Part shown: positions 37,838 to 50,685 of the stretch, piece by piece
Numbering within the stretch: the stretch's first letter is position 1
Layout of the letters: each line of letters begins with the position of its first letter
Translations under genes and position numbers: made by a program
The notes under the pieces: model-generated
Database searches by the model: none
Seen by the model: the letters and a program-made list of their open reading frames with translations, nothing else
What the model was told of the DNA's origin: nothing
DNA from: Antedon mediterranea
Lineage: Eukaryota > Animalia > Echinodermata
Direction of reading: 5' to 3'
NCBI RefSeq assembly: GCF_964355755.1
Contig: NC_092671.1
Coordinates: forward strand, 33,490,304-33,554,303
DNA: 64,000 nucleotides

Positions 37838-37989
37838 TGTCATGATAATGTATTACCGATACACCGCCATCTATGTCTCATAATGATACACAAATAAAAG
37901 TACACGGATGTAACATGGCCGACTAGAAACGAACCACGTTGTTGTGTTTGCTTATCGTAAATTGCCTCCTACCCCCCACCCATATGACA
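37838..37989 (+). repeat. 3' LTR (152 bp) of the Gypsy element
   Basis: TGTCAT...ATGACA termini, preceded by the purine tract aaagtaaggaaga; contains AATAAA. Confidence 0.85.
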
Positions 37990-38394
37990 GCTAATATTTA
38001 AAGAACATTTTAACAATTTTGTCCAGAAAATAAATAAAATAAATAACCTGTCCTCCAAAAATATGCTCACCGCGTTATGTTATTTCTGTTAGTTATGATT
38101 TCAATTCAATTCAAACTAACATTTATTTAATTGAAAAGGCGCAGCGTTGTTTGTCATCGGTTTAGCGTACAACGTTAGGTGCAAGGTTACAATACAAACC
38201 ACAAAGAAAAATGGTGTTCAGACCCATAGCGTACCATTATCGTTACAACTATATTTAATAATACTTTTGGACCAAATATCATTCACCACCTTTTGTTTGG
38301 TCGATATCTACTCCTTGAAGTATTTGATAAACGGTTTTGCAAATGTCTATGTCCCTATATAATTATTATGGGTTTGATGTTATCTGTACCATAC

Positions 38395-38658
38395 TAATTG
38401 TATCCTTAGGCAAGATGCTTTACTCCCATTGCCTCGTCCTTCGGATGGGATGTAAAGCCGTTGGTCCCGTGTACTTAACAGTGCACGTTAAAGAACTTGG
38501 TACACTATTCGAAATGAGTAGGGGATCGTCTCCCGGTGTGCTGATCTGGTAGGGGCTGCACTGCTTGCTGCCGTGGGTCCGTAGAGGGCCTAATCCGAAT
38601 TTTCTCAGTTTCCAGTTAAGCTTGAGGACTAAGATAAATACCTTTACCTTTACCTTTA
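38395..38658 (+). mobile_element. Deu/Nin-domain SINE, 5'-truncated
   Basis: cttcggatgggatgtaaagccg...gcacgttaaagaac...cactattcgaaatgagtagggg...cccggtgt resembles the conserved Deu core; (ACCTTT)n tail. Confidence 0.7.
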
Positions 38659-38877
38659 ACTTAAGTGCGCCATTTAGGTTGTTTCTAGTTGCATATTCAT
38701 GTGCTCCTACCCACGTTTTTCATCTTTATTTCTACAGTATAGGCCTAGATCTCAGCTCTAAAACATTTCAACAAAATTACCTCGGAAAAATGTTGTAAAA
38801 GTATAAATTTCTGTTTATGTTTTATTTTGTAGTAAAAACACATTTTCCCAGCCCCTTGTGTTGTTACGAAAATAAGT

Positions 38878-39510
38878 GGTAACGGGACGATTCGGCCCTG
38901 AGACGATTCGGTCCGGGACGATTCGGCCCACTTTTGGTGGGACGATTCGGCCCACTTTTGGTGGGACGATTCGGCCCACTTTTGGTGGGACGATTCGGCC
39001 CACTTTTGGTGGGACGATTCGGCCCACTTTGAGACCCGAAACGTCTCACTTCAGACCAAATTCATATTCATTTTTTTATTTATCAAGTTTTTAAAGGGGT
39101 TTAACAATCCGTATTTTATTGATATTGACAATGTTGATATAATATATAAAATAAATTACTAAAAAAACGTAATATTATATTCAATTTAGTACTTCGAAAA
39201 CTTTTTTTTTCGTGCATTCGTCAAGCGGTCAACAGAGGGCGTAACTTTTTACATAGTTCGCGTGACTACAAAATGTTCATTTTCGACAATATTTTCAAAC
39301 TGTTTGCTTTATTGCATCTTTATCCCTAGTAGTACTAACCCATAGTCTCTCTGAAAATAAATTTTGGGGGAAAAACCTTATTTTATGCTAATAAAATGCA
39401 TATCAAAGCCGATAAATGTATGTGTGCCGAATCGTCTCAGGGCAGAATCGTCCCTAGCCGAAAAGTCCAGGGCCGGGCCGGGCCGAATCGTCTCCGGGCC
39501 GAATCGTCCT
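38878..39510. mobile_element. MITE with subterminal GACGATTCGG repeats and an internal 24-bp minisatellite
   Basis: About 5 copies of gggacgattcggcccacttttggt (38915-39030); inverted ccgaatcgtc copies at 39427-39510; absent from the paralogous site at about 19765. Confidence 0.75.
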
Positions 39511-39734
39511 GAAGGCAAGATCCTATTTTATATACAGTAACCTACTGTATATAGGTGGTTGTGTTAACATGAAGAAAAAAATGGATTAGATTACATTTGT
39601 GGAATCACTTGATGATTTTTATTCTGACATGGAAAGCGCAAGTTAGGCCCTGTTGTAAACATACAATCTTCAATCAGTTTCGTACGTCAGGAAACTATTT
39701 TTAAATATTTTGAAAAGTTTGAATCTTAACTTAA

Positions 39735-40286
39735 AGACACCTTTCCTACAATTTGTGACGTTTTGTAAGAATAATACATATATATTACTTTAAAAACACT
39801 AAACCATTGATTGACCTCTCGTGAACGGTCTTTAGGCCTAGCCTAGGTAGGCTTGGTTTTGTAGGCCTAGCTGGTAAACATCGGTAACGTACGAACATCG
39901 TACGCTGGCTATATAACTAGCCTGGCGTTGTATAGTTGCTGCATTAATTATCTTTCTATTGCCAGACTCCGTTGATACAAATTGGGGAAAAAACGGTATT
40001 TTCGCTGGAAAGTTAGGAGTCTTCCATTTGTTTTGGCCTCACGATCTATCGAAAAGTGGGTGAATTACAAAAGAAAAACAAAAATATCAATCCGCACGCA
40101 ATTCATTTTGGGATTTATAGCGGGCCGCTATAATTATTAGATTCAACTTATTTTTCACATTTTTTACCATTTAAAGACGAAAAAAGTTTTCGCAATAGGA
40201 CCATATAGTATTATTTTTACATTAAATATACTGTAGTTTGTGATCTTAGGCCTAAATTAGATCTAAAAAACGTAGGGAATGTGTCT
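39735..40286. mobile_element. Kolobok-like non-autonomous element
   Basis: TTAA|AGACACCTTTCCTAC ... GTAGGGAATGTGTCT|TTAA; absent from the paralogous site at about 20010. Confidence 0.75.
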
Positions 40287-41213
40287 TTAACTTTATTCTC
40301 ATTATTCTTCCTTATTTATAAAAACCGCCTAAGATAATCACATCATTTGATCATATCTTCTTGAATTAAAGAATGTAGAATGTAGAAATGACTAGGCTAA
40401 TGATCTCGTTATCCGAACATCATAAAGCTTTTAGACGAAAGAGATCCAAGATATTGTCATCATTCTCTTCTAAAGGTAGACATGACGTCATTCGTCTCTT
40501 CTAAATCCTGTAGATATGATGATTAATAATTTAATTCATTCTCTTCTAAAGCCTGAATCCAACTAGAACGCAATGCAAGAAACAAGTCGTAACGCAAACG
40601 ACTATTCCAATAAAAAGCGTTGGAGTATTATGTCCTTGCGTTTAGTAGGAAACACATCGATGCGTCTGGATTATTAGTACATTATGTATTTTCGAAAACA
40701 TTTTCTACAGACATCACCTAGAATTTTGTTTCAGTAATAAATTGGAAAATAATATAATAATAATACGCTAAATATCACGGCCAACATGTCGCATTGTGTG
40801 AGTTTCAATACAAAATACAAACGATTAAAATTACGTATCAACCATAGGTATTTTATTTAATAAAGTACCAATAAAGGCTAACCAAGCAAATTTAAAAGCA
40901 AAACATGAATACAATAGGACTAACACATTTAGTAGATCTAGACAAGTCACGTGTGTACATCACAGCATTCACACGTTCGATTTTCCATGACACACCCAAC
41001 TAAAAAAAGAAAAGAAACAATTTCACTCATTTTTATTGTAAATAATGTTATGTATAGTAATGTTATTAGGTATGTGACCTGCACTGTAAGGTCAAATGTC
41101 AGATAACAGTGAACTACAATTGATGTAGGTGCGTTATGGTACGGTATCGTTATCTGTCTTAAAACGATGAAAAATGAATCATATAACATTTTTTGGGTAC
41201 AATGTACTCACTT

Positions 41214-44200
41214 TTATCCTCGTCTTTGTTTTCTGCCTTTGCCTGAAACTAGTTTAAAGAAATAGCATTATACTCTGCATGTTTTTTTACCATATTTAAT
41301 GAGGGTGATCCATCCAGCTGATTGCTGATCATTAGGGACCCTCAGAGGTTCACAAGACAAACATATACACAAGATGATCTACATAAATAAAGTCTTATTA
41401 CAAGTCTTTGGGAGTGGAGTTGTAATTTTGTCCTTAGAAAAAAATCCTGACATGTGGCAGGACTTGAACCCAGGAAAAAAGATGCGTTCAGATAAGATGT
41501 ACATACCGCCGTACCAAGAGGAGGATTGATATTGATAATTATACAATAAAATAATCGATGATAGATTCGTTTAACTTTAAATTCTGAAATGTACTTCATC
41601 TGATAACTACTTTATTTGTTCATGGTAGGCCTATATGGTAAACTTCCACAGACTCCTAAATACTTCTTGTACTTTAATTTTCATTATTCAAAAGGCCACA
41701 GACTAAAGAAAATATATGCACATATGCATAATAATTTTGAAATTGGTGAGATAAGGACTAAGTAGCAGTTTTTCTGAACTCATTGAGGTTATTGTAATTG
41801 CAGTAACATATTTTTTATTCGAATTTAACTCTCAATTTTGATTTACAACTATGTATACATATATATATAAATCCAAAGGCAAATTACTGAAAAATGACAA
41901 TGCTGTGGGTATCAGTGGCTGGATCTCAATGGAGGTACAACAAAAAAGAAGCGAAAAACTAGATTAAAACGATAAAGTAAAACAGCCAGAGAAGTTAGCA
42001 GAGCTTTCGAGCAACACTAGCCCTTCATCAGTGCAAGTGAAGGAATTTGGATAACGTCATATGTAGCATAAGTGCTGCTTGGGTGGACAGGAATACAAGA
42101 AATACCACAAAAGGAGAAAGGGTGGTGAATGGTGGGTGGAGACTGAATAAGAGTAGAAAACAAAGAAGGTAGCTTGGTAGAGATATAAACAAATTTGGAA
42201 TGAAACTAAAAAACAGCTTAAATGGTGGTTAATATTGAAACTTAAATTTTGGTAGTAATAATTTTACCGATCTTGGAGTATGTTCTTAATGTTAAGTTCA
42301 AAAGGTTTTGTGGTAGTAATTCCCAGTGGTTTTTATTTTATTTTTATTTTATTCAGTTGTCAACCAACAGCGATGAAACCGCCACTAACAGGTTGAATCT
42401 AAACATAATAAACTATAAAATGTATTCAAATAAACAACAAAAACATAAACAATGATCACAACATTAAAAAGATTTAACAATTTTACCCTTAAATACATTT
42501 AAACTATCATAAAATAAATCAATATCCAAACAAGTAACCTATTAAATGTGTTAGGTAACCGCTGAAAAATACCTCGTTTTGTGCATTCAACACGACCACA
42601 AGGAACGTGAAGCAAACACTTGCTGCGAGTACAAGTTGGTATATTCAACTTAAACAAAGCAACAATAGGACAATCATAAACGGAATTGAATGAGTTGTAT
42701 AAAAAAAACCATATCAAAAACAACACTACGATTTTCAAGAGGAATAAGAGAAACATAATAATTAGGACAAGTGCGAGTAAGGAATCTAATGAATTTGTTC
42801 TGAACATTATAAACACGCTGAGATTGAGTACAAGAAATTGAATTAAAAATGACTGAACAGTATTCCAGGTGGGGGCACACGACTGAACGGTACAATGATG
42901 TTAATGCTCCACCATTGCCCATGAATCTACAGTTCCTCCATAACAAACCCAGCATTCTATTTGCCTTAGATACAACATAATTAAAATGTAAACAAAAATT
43001 TAACTTACTATCAATTAAAACTCCTAAATCCCTTTGAGAATTAACATAATCTAATTCCTGATCATTCAACTTATATTTGGTTATAATAGGCTTTGTTTTC
43101 AGAGTGATACACACAGATTTGCATTTGCTTATTTTTAAAGAAACTTTCCATGTCTCAGCCCATCCCACAAGAGAATCTAGATCCTCTTGCAGCAGATGAG
43201 CGTCGTCAAGTGAAGAGATTACTTTAAACAACTTAAGGTCATCAGCAAACAGAAGTGATTGTGAAATCTTAAAAACAGAAGGAAGGTCATTAATATACAA
43301 ATTAAAAAGCAAGGGGCCAATAATTGACCCATGCGGAAACCCAGAAAGTACAGGAAGCCACTCAGAACAGTTTCCACTGATGACTACCCTCTGCTTCCTG
43401 TCAGTCAAATAATCTGAAAACCATTTAAGAAGATTGCCTTTTAAACCCAACTTTGAAATCTTAAAAACAAGTAAATCATGAGGGACCGAGTCAAATGCTC
43501 TAGAAAAATCAGTGTAGACCACATCACATTGCTTCTGACTATTCAAAGCATTGTATGCTGTAGAAAGAAGCAATGCGAGGTTGGTCTGACACGATCTTCC
43601 AGGAATAAAACCATGCTGAACCGAAGTAATAACTGAACTTATGTTTAAAAACCGCATCGTGAACAATTGGTTCGAACAATTTCGATAAAGTAGGCAACAG
43701 AGAAACAGGACTGTAATTTTCCATTGCCTTTTTGGAGCCACTTTTGTGAATTGGCAAGACATTAGCAAATTTCCATGTCATAGGGAAAATTCCAGAGGTT
43801 ATTGAAAGCTGGTAAATTTTGGAAAGAGGATATGAAAGTGGAGATGCGGCTGATCTAAGAAGAGTATTACTAATTTGGTCATTACCAATGGCCTTATGAA
43901 TATTAACATTACCAACTGCTAATTCTACAGAATGTCGATCTACTACTAATGTTGACATATTATCAATTGAATAATCAGGAAGATCAGGACATTCTTGCAT
44001 TCCATGCAAAGAATTATCACTAAAAAAGGAATGAAAAAAAGTATTAAATAAAAATGCTTTTTCAGAGTCTGATTCAACAGAAATATTTCCCCGTGACATA
44101 ACCGAAGGAAAATCACTAGTCTTGTTTTTACATTTCAACCAACTCTCCAGAATCTCTTTTTATTCGAACCAATTTGTTCAGCAAGTGATTTAAGATAACT

Positions 44201-47200
44201 ATTATATTTTCTTTAACAAAGGTTCTTAAATGAGCGTCGAGCAAAACTAAAATTACTTTGAGTCATACGATTGTTGTTTTTCTTCATAAATCTGAAGCAC
44301 CTTTCTTACTCATACAATACTTTACGTAGTTCTTTATCAAACCATGGAGGTAGTTTCCTTCTCTTTCTAACTTTAGGGACAACGTCCTTGATAGCAGCGA
44401 TTAAAAGATCGTAAAATAATTCAACAGCATCGTTAATATTTCCATTAAAATTAATTAAATTCCATGGTACATAATTTAGTGTATTGCACAAATCATCCAG
44501 ATTCATATTTTTAAAATTGTAGAATATTCTATCATTAAAATTGTTAACATTATTATTGCACCTCGTATTAAACAAATGATAATCAATTCGTATTGATGAG
44601 TGATCAGAATCAAATATGTCATCAGCAGTGTAAACATTTTCAGATAGATTTTGGCTGCTAATAACCAAATCTAAAATTTTATCTAAACGTGTTGGAAATG
44701 TGTTACACTGTAAAAGTCCACAACTGTCCAAGAGAACGTCAATTAAATGTTCACCCATAGAATTACAAGGTTTACTTTGTCTATATTATTATATATATAT
44801 ATATATATATATATATTTTAAACTATTTTTATTTAAAAATTGTATTTGATCGTTCGACGAGTTGCAGATACTCACGTGTACTTCGAATGATTCGGTCGCC
44901 GGCTATTAGATAGAAACAAAATATATACTTATGTCAACGATTATCTGCCAGTCATTTTTATGGTCAAAGCCTTGTTGGCACTGGACTGGAAATGGTAAAT
45001 TTAATCACGGTAGCTTTACCTAATTTCATCGGAAGCTTTGACCATCGTTCGTTTTAACGTAATGTAATGTACTAATGTAACCGTGATGCTAAAAACAACG
45101 ATTGACATATAACATGTGTGATAACATGAGTCGCAAGCGCTTGGATCGGACGTTTTAGCCAGCGTAGTTAATGTTACCGATACATTTCAAGTTCTACTGG
45201 GCAGGTAGTGGTTGGTCAAGTTAACCATCGGAATTGCTTAGTTTAACCATAAGGGATTTTTGCTTGGTAAATTTAGTCGCCGGCGCTGTTAATATGACCA
45301 AATTAGGTCCAATGCGATCGAGGCTTTAGACTTCAGTTTATCTAACTGGCGCCTTATACACTGTTCATGATTTCATTACACGTTTTGAAAATATAACGCC
45401 TTACACACCATCCACACCTACTTTTCCTCTCCCTCACGACGACATTTTTTTTTCAATTAAGGTACCACATATACAATTTAGCATTTTGCATATTCAAAAT
45501 GTCTAAATGTTATGTAACCTTCTTACACTGTACTAAACTAAGCACATTATTTTGATTTCCTAAATTGTCTTTGATCCTTCTACAAGTTGCAGTTACTTGC
45601 GTTGCTCCTGATGGATTTGGTCAACGCCTATAGAATAACAATGAAACAAAAGTACATCGATATATACAAAAATCAACCGGTAATATACTAAATATATAGG
45701 CCTATTAATTTAAAAGGATAAAGATAATAATAATAATAATAATAATAAATAACATTTATAAAGCGCAAGAGACAAAGGTTTCAAAGCGCTGTGTTTTCCA
45801 AGATCAGTGCAAGTAGTAGCGTGCGATTATGCTTCTCTGAAGAGATGAGTTTTGAGTTTAGTTTTAAATGTGATAACAGATTTTGATGAGCGTATTTCGA
45901 GTGGTAGAGTGTTCCAGAGTTTTGGGGCTGCGACAGCGAAAGCACGATCACCGTAAAACCGAGTTCTGGAACGGGGTCCAGGTTTTAGAAGAAGTCTGCT
46001 GGATGAACGAAGCGAAGAGTTGGTTGACGGAGTAATGATGTCACATATGTAGGCTGGAGCACATCCGTTGATGGCCTTATATGTCAGCAACAGGATTTTA
46101 AAACGAATGCGCTGATCAACAGGCAACCAGTGTAAGTCACGTAAAACGGGAGAAATATGTTCATGTCGTTTAGTGCCAGTGATAAGTCTTGCGGCGGAAT
46201 TTTGGATTCGTTGAAGAGGAGACAGATAAGAAGTTGGTAGGCCGTACAGAAGCGAGTTATTACAGTCCAGACGAGATGAAACAAAAGCATGAACAAGACG
46301 TTCAGTTGATGTTTTGTCAAGGTACTTACGAATCTGGCCGATCTGGTAAATTCCAAAGGAAGCACCACGGCAAACATTACGAATGTGTTCTTTTAAACCG
46401 AGGCTGTTGTCTAGTTGGACGCCTAGATTTCTGGCTGAGCTGGAGGTAGAGACACTAGTATCTCCGATATGGACCAAAGGAAATGATGATGCCTCACGGA
46501 ACTTTGAATGAAAATGGATCATTTCAGTCTTGGAGTCGTTGAGCATGAGTTTATTTTGAATGGCCCATGAGCGAACATCTGCAATGCATGATTCAAGGCT
46601 GTTAACAGATTCAGAGTGATGTGTAGGTTTCATGATTAAATATAGTTGAGTGTCATCTGCATAGATCATATGACGAACTTCCGGGTGGGAATCAATGATG
46701 TTGCTGAGTGGTCCAGTGTATAAGATGAAATCGAGTGGACCTTTTACGGATCCCTGTGGTACACCCCAGGGTAGAGCGAACTCATCAGACATCGAATCAC
46801 CCACAATGATTGCTTGTCTACGATTCTCAAAATATGAAATAAACCATTTCAATGCGGTTCCGCTTATGCCGTATCTTTTATGAAGACGTTGAAATAATAA
46901 ATCATGATTGATAGTGTCAAATGCTGCGGAGTAGTCGAGTAGAATAAGTACCGCTTCATTACCTTTGTCTAAAGCAAGTAGTAGATCGTTTGTAACACGT
47001 AATAAAGCGGTTTCAGTTGAGTGAAATCTGTGAGAATAAGAAATAGCCTCCGTAATCAATCGGAACTGGAACATTTTGCTTTATATGCAGATGCCCTAAC
47101 CATATTTATTTATTTATGTACATTAAACCAAAAAGTGTAACATATGCCTGAACCTGACTTAGCTTTATATCTATATCTGACAGAAATAAAACATTGTCTC

Positions 47201-48670
47201 TTAAGAAAAACATGTATAAAAATAAGTAAATTAAACATGCAACATTAGAGATCGACAAAGAGATTATTTAACAATTTGTAAACTTCTTTATTTTTTATTT
47301 CCATTCTAAAATTCTTTTCTTAGAGGAAGGAAACACAAACTGATTTATCTTTACAACCGATACTCACCTATATCTCGGCGGATTCTGTTATAAGCTGAAA
47401 TGCATCCTGCATTGAAATAGAAGTATGTAATTAAAGTATATGTATTTAATAACCAATTCATTATTTAATATTATTACTTGATAACAATAGCAGTATGCAA
47501 TAAAACTGAAAATGTAATAATAATAGGTCATCGATAAAGTACTATGAGAAAATAAGTAAACATTTAATCCTCCGAGAGCGGAGAAGGTATCCGAGAATAT
47601 AGATTCGCACTGAGCACAAGGGATTGTTTGTGGAGGGAAACTATTACGTTGAGCTAGAGGAGTAAGGCCTCTCATTTTTACTTTTACGCGATCGTTGATT
47701 GTTCATGGTTTCTTGGTTTTCGAGCGTTGAGTTATAATAAAATATATATATATTTTATACTTACTTGCACCTTCCAAGCCACGACAACCTTTTTCTTCAG
47801 AGTCATACAAATTAGAAAGAGTTAGATAGTAATTAAGGTAAATGGCGTGTACACTTGAATACAAAGGATATTTAAAAACAAAGTGAAACAAATTGTATAC
47901 TTAAAACCGATTTTCCACTAAACGAATTTGTTCGCGCGAATTCAACGTATCGCAGAAAATAAAATCGTGTTTTCCACTACAAGAGAGGCGATTTTCATAT
48001 TCATGGCGTATCTTCTGAGCTGAAGCGAAGAGCTCAATGAACTAGAATTCGTCACAGAGAAGGATTTGGAAAATGGAAACATGAATACGCACACGTATAA
48101 ACCTAAAGCCGATTTTCCACTAGGCGAATTTGTTCGCGCGAATCAAAAGCGCCAGCTCATACGCATGCGTATAGATGTTTCCATCTTCCAAATCCCTCTA
48201 TACGCATGTGTATAAGCTGACGCTTTCGATTCGCGCGAACAAATTCGCCTAGTGGAAAATCGGCTTAAGCTGACGCGCTAGATTCACGCGAACACATTTG
48301 CCTAGTGTGAAAATCGGCTTACTTACTCTGGCATTGCCCAAATTCAGGCTCCAATAAGAATACGACCAAAAATACTACGACCAACGTTTGTAATCTTCTG
48401 AAAATTGTACTAAAAATATTAGTTTAAAAACAAAACATGGGATTAATAAGGTCAGTGAATATTTAAGCACCTACTCCGCTTCGGCTCTAGATCAAGTACA
48501 GTATTAACGACTTTTCGTTTACAGTACGCGCCACGCGCATAGTATAGCCGGCTAGCCACGTAGAGCAGCGTGAAGACGAAACAGTGAGATGCGATTTTAT
48601 TAGCCGCAGCCGGGACCGGAGTAGATATGAAAGACGCTTTAGTTGGTACTTACAATTGAGCAGCTGCCAT
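41214..48670 (-). CDS. Micro-exon gene copy B: 79-aa secreted prepropeptide
   Basis: Exons 48654-48670, 48327-48397, 47765-47794, 47368-47406, 45601-45627 (GC donor), 44876-44902, 41214-41242. Product MAAAQLRLQTLVVVFLVVFLLEPEFGQCQKKGCRGLEGARCISAYNRIRRDIGVDQIHQEQPGDRIIRSTRKGRKQRRG*. Confidence 0.78.
41285..41475 (-). mobile_element. tRNA-derived SINE, 5'-truncated
   Basis: Near match to 11301-11485; absent from the paralogous site in copy A (about 21008). Confidence 0.7.
41956..42330 (-). mobile_element. Penelope-like element 3' fragment
   Basis: Minus-strand LGITTTKPFELNIK resembles the GIY-YIG C-terminal end and is followed by a CTGATGA...GAAA hammerhead core. Confidence 0.6.
41995..42045 (-). 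ncRNA. Putative minimal hammerhead ribozyme core (Penelope type)
   Basis: Minus strand CTGATGA-A-GGGC-tagtgtt-GCTC-GAAA-GCTC, with stem II able to pair; second copy at about 56341-56391. Confidence 0.5.
42331..44785 (-). mobile_element. CR1-group LINE, 5'-truncated and frameshifted
   Basis: ORFs 44306-44758 (APE end, LDLV..SDH), 43539-44138 and 42674-43768 (QHGF, YTDFSRAFDSVPH, FADD, RDLGV, LYRSVV.PHLEYCS); (AATAA)n tail. Confidence 0.9.
45728..47021 (-). mobile_element. L2-clade LINE, 5'-truncated, reading frame intact
   Basis: HSTETALL, LLDYSAAFDT, YADDTQLY, ARNLGV, LHWLPV, GDRAFAVAAPKLWN, FKTKLKTHLF; (TTA)n tail; the empty site aaagataat|gaaatctgtg is at 60061-60079. Confidence 0.92.
48106..48266. 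mobile_element. Young Harbinger-like MITE nested in an older member of the same family (47901-48320)
   Basis: Perfect TIRs agccgattttccactaggcgaatttgttcgcgcgaatc, flanked by TAA; also at about 61274-61434; absent from copy A. Confidence 0.75.
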
Positions 48671-50685
48671 GATGGTTAATCGAACGTCAGTTTATTACGA
48701 ATGGTTCATGTATCGACTTTATACACTGTTTTATCTAAACCGATGCAATAATAGTAATAGATATACATATTCAAAATATAATTAAATGGTGGCTGACATT
48801 TAAAATATCTAACCATAAGTATAAAAATCGTATAAAACGTAATTTACGATGTTTGTTATTGTTGTTATTTGAATACCATTAAGTAAAACAATGTTTATAC
48901 TTTTAAATATATCTAGTTTAAGTGTGCTTATTGTTTTTATATTGTTTATGAAATAATAATGAAACTAACAGACACCTGCTGTAAGAAATATTTTCCAAAC
49001 CATTCTTTGGAAAATTTAGGAATTGTATTCAAATTGAAAGCTATCAATCACAATAGAAATAAAGTTAATGATAAAATTAACTATTTTATATAGATATACA
49101 TTATTCGAAATAGAATAAAATGACGGCTGACATTTTAAAAATGTACTCATGAGTCAAAAAAATATTTATAAAATCTATTTTACGATGTTCATTATTGTTG
49201 TTATTCGAATAACATTAAGTGAAACAATGTTTATACTTTTAAATATATTTAGTTGAAGTGTAATTATTGTTTGTATTGTTTATTGTGTATGAAATGGTAA
49301 TGAAACTAACAGACACCTGCAGTAAGAAATATCTTCCAAACCATTCTTTGGAAAAATTGGGGAATTGTATTAAAATTGAATAGCTATCATTACAATAAAA
49401 ATAAAGTTAGTGAGAAAATTAACCAGTTTTGATCCAATAAGTACATCGTATTTTTTTTAGAAGAAAATTGTAATCTACCTTCTTAATACTATTAACCCTA
49501 TCATTCACTACCGTTTGTTCGGTCGATATCTACTCCTTGAAATATTGAATAAAAGTTTTTGCAAATACGCCTTTTTACCGAAACGGAAGAAATCTTCGAT
49601 CGATGACAAACAATGATGTGGAGGAAAGCGTAACCAACAGAAATAACATCCTCGGGGGATTTCAGGACACTGTGTTCATACTTACTGTGTTTTTCCTATC
49701 TTTTTCCTCTTGATTTGATAACCAGGTAGCAAGCCCATATGAAAGCATAAATGGGTAGGCCTACCATATGGGTTTCCCATATTGGATTCCACTATTTTTG
49801 TACTCAAGAACCATAGACCTATGGGTCCCACATGGGAAGGCCCACATAGCCCATATATAACCAACATGGGGCCCATATTTCAAAGCATATGGGCATCGTA
49901 TTTTGTTGCCCATATGGAATTCTTCTTGTTTTGACACATGTACATTGATGTAGGCTAATATTTTAAGAACACTTTACAGTAACAGTTTTGTCCACAAGAC
50001 TGTCTGTTAAGGAATATTTAAATATTACTTATAATAATAATTCTCAACGCGTTATGTTATTTCTGTTGGTTACGCTTTCAATTCAATTCAATTCAATTAC
50101 AAATAACATTTATTTACATTTATTCTTTTAAAATTGAAAAGACACAGCATTGTTTGTCATCGGTTGAAGATGTATTCCGTATGTTTATGGGAACAGACAT
50201 ATAATCATTCTTTATTTATAAACTGCTTAATAAAAAGGTCAGTATTTGAATTACAAAAATAAATCAGCCATTCAATAGTACAGTTTGTAAGCCACTGGCC
50301 CAAGTACAATAAAAGATAATAAAAATATTTAAATTTGAGTAGGAACAAAATAATTAAAATAAAATAAATAAAATACATGCAGGGTGCCAAAGACAAATTT
50401 ACACAATACAAAGAAACACTAAAAAAAAACCAACGTAAATAAAAATCTTTAATATACTTTATTGCTCATAATTTTTTTTTCTTTCGTGGTTAACCACCAC
50501 CACCTTTATTCATTCAATGTCATTTTTTATACATCTTCTACTTATATCCTCTTTTATATATCATTGGTCTACGTATACATTATATTCTGTTGTTTTCTGT
50601 TAAAAATAAATTTACATTTAATTTTACATATTGAGAATTTTGCATAAATAAAATTGTATTTATATATTTACGATTCAATCTTAGC

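Larger units (their letters stand above)
30149..37989 (+). mobile_element. Ty3/Gypsy LTR retrotransposon, decayed and interrupted by a LINE
   Basis: 5' LTR remnant 30149-30192 matches the 3' LTR end. gag (FFQRQQHEGETVEEYVREL; knuckles CGRCGYVH..C, CRRCNKKGHFAKCC); RT (PTEWCAPM..ARLCVDLRQLNKSV | ERYILPTIDD, LDATSGYYQV, VQDDIF); RNase H (YAQIEKELLA, TDHKPL); integrase (HEGHQG..C, PWQRIATD, NGRAERAVQT). Many stops and frameshifts. Confidence 0.92.

Noticed and set aside
38815-39094. Repetitive ORFs (GRIVPPKV / SGPNRPTK / GTIRPTFG) or a CRISPR array
   Set aside because: These are translation artefacts of a 24-bp minisatellite in a MITE.
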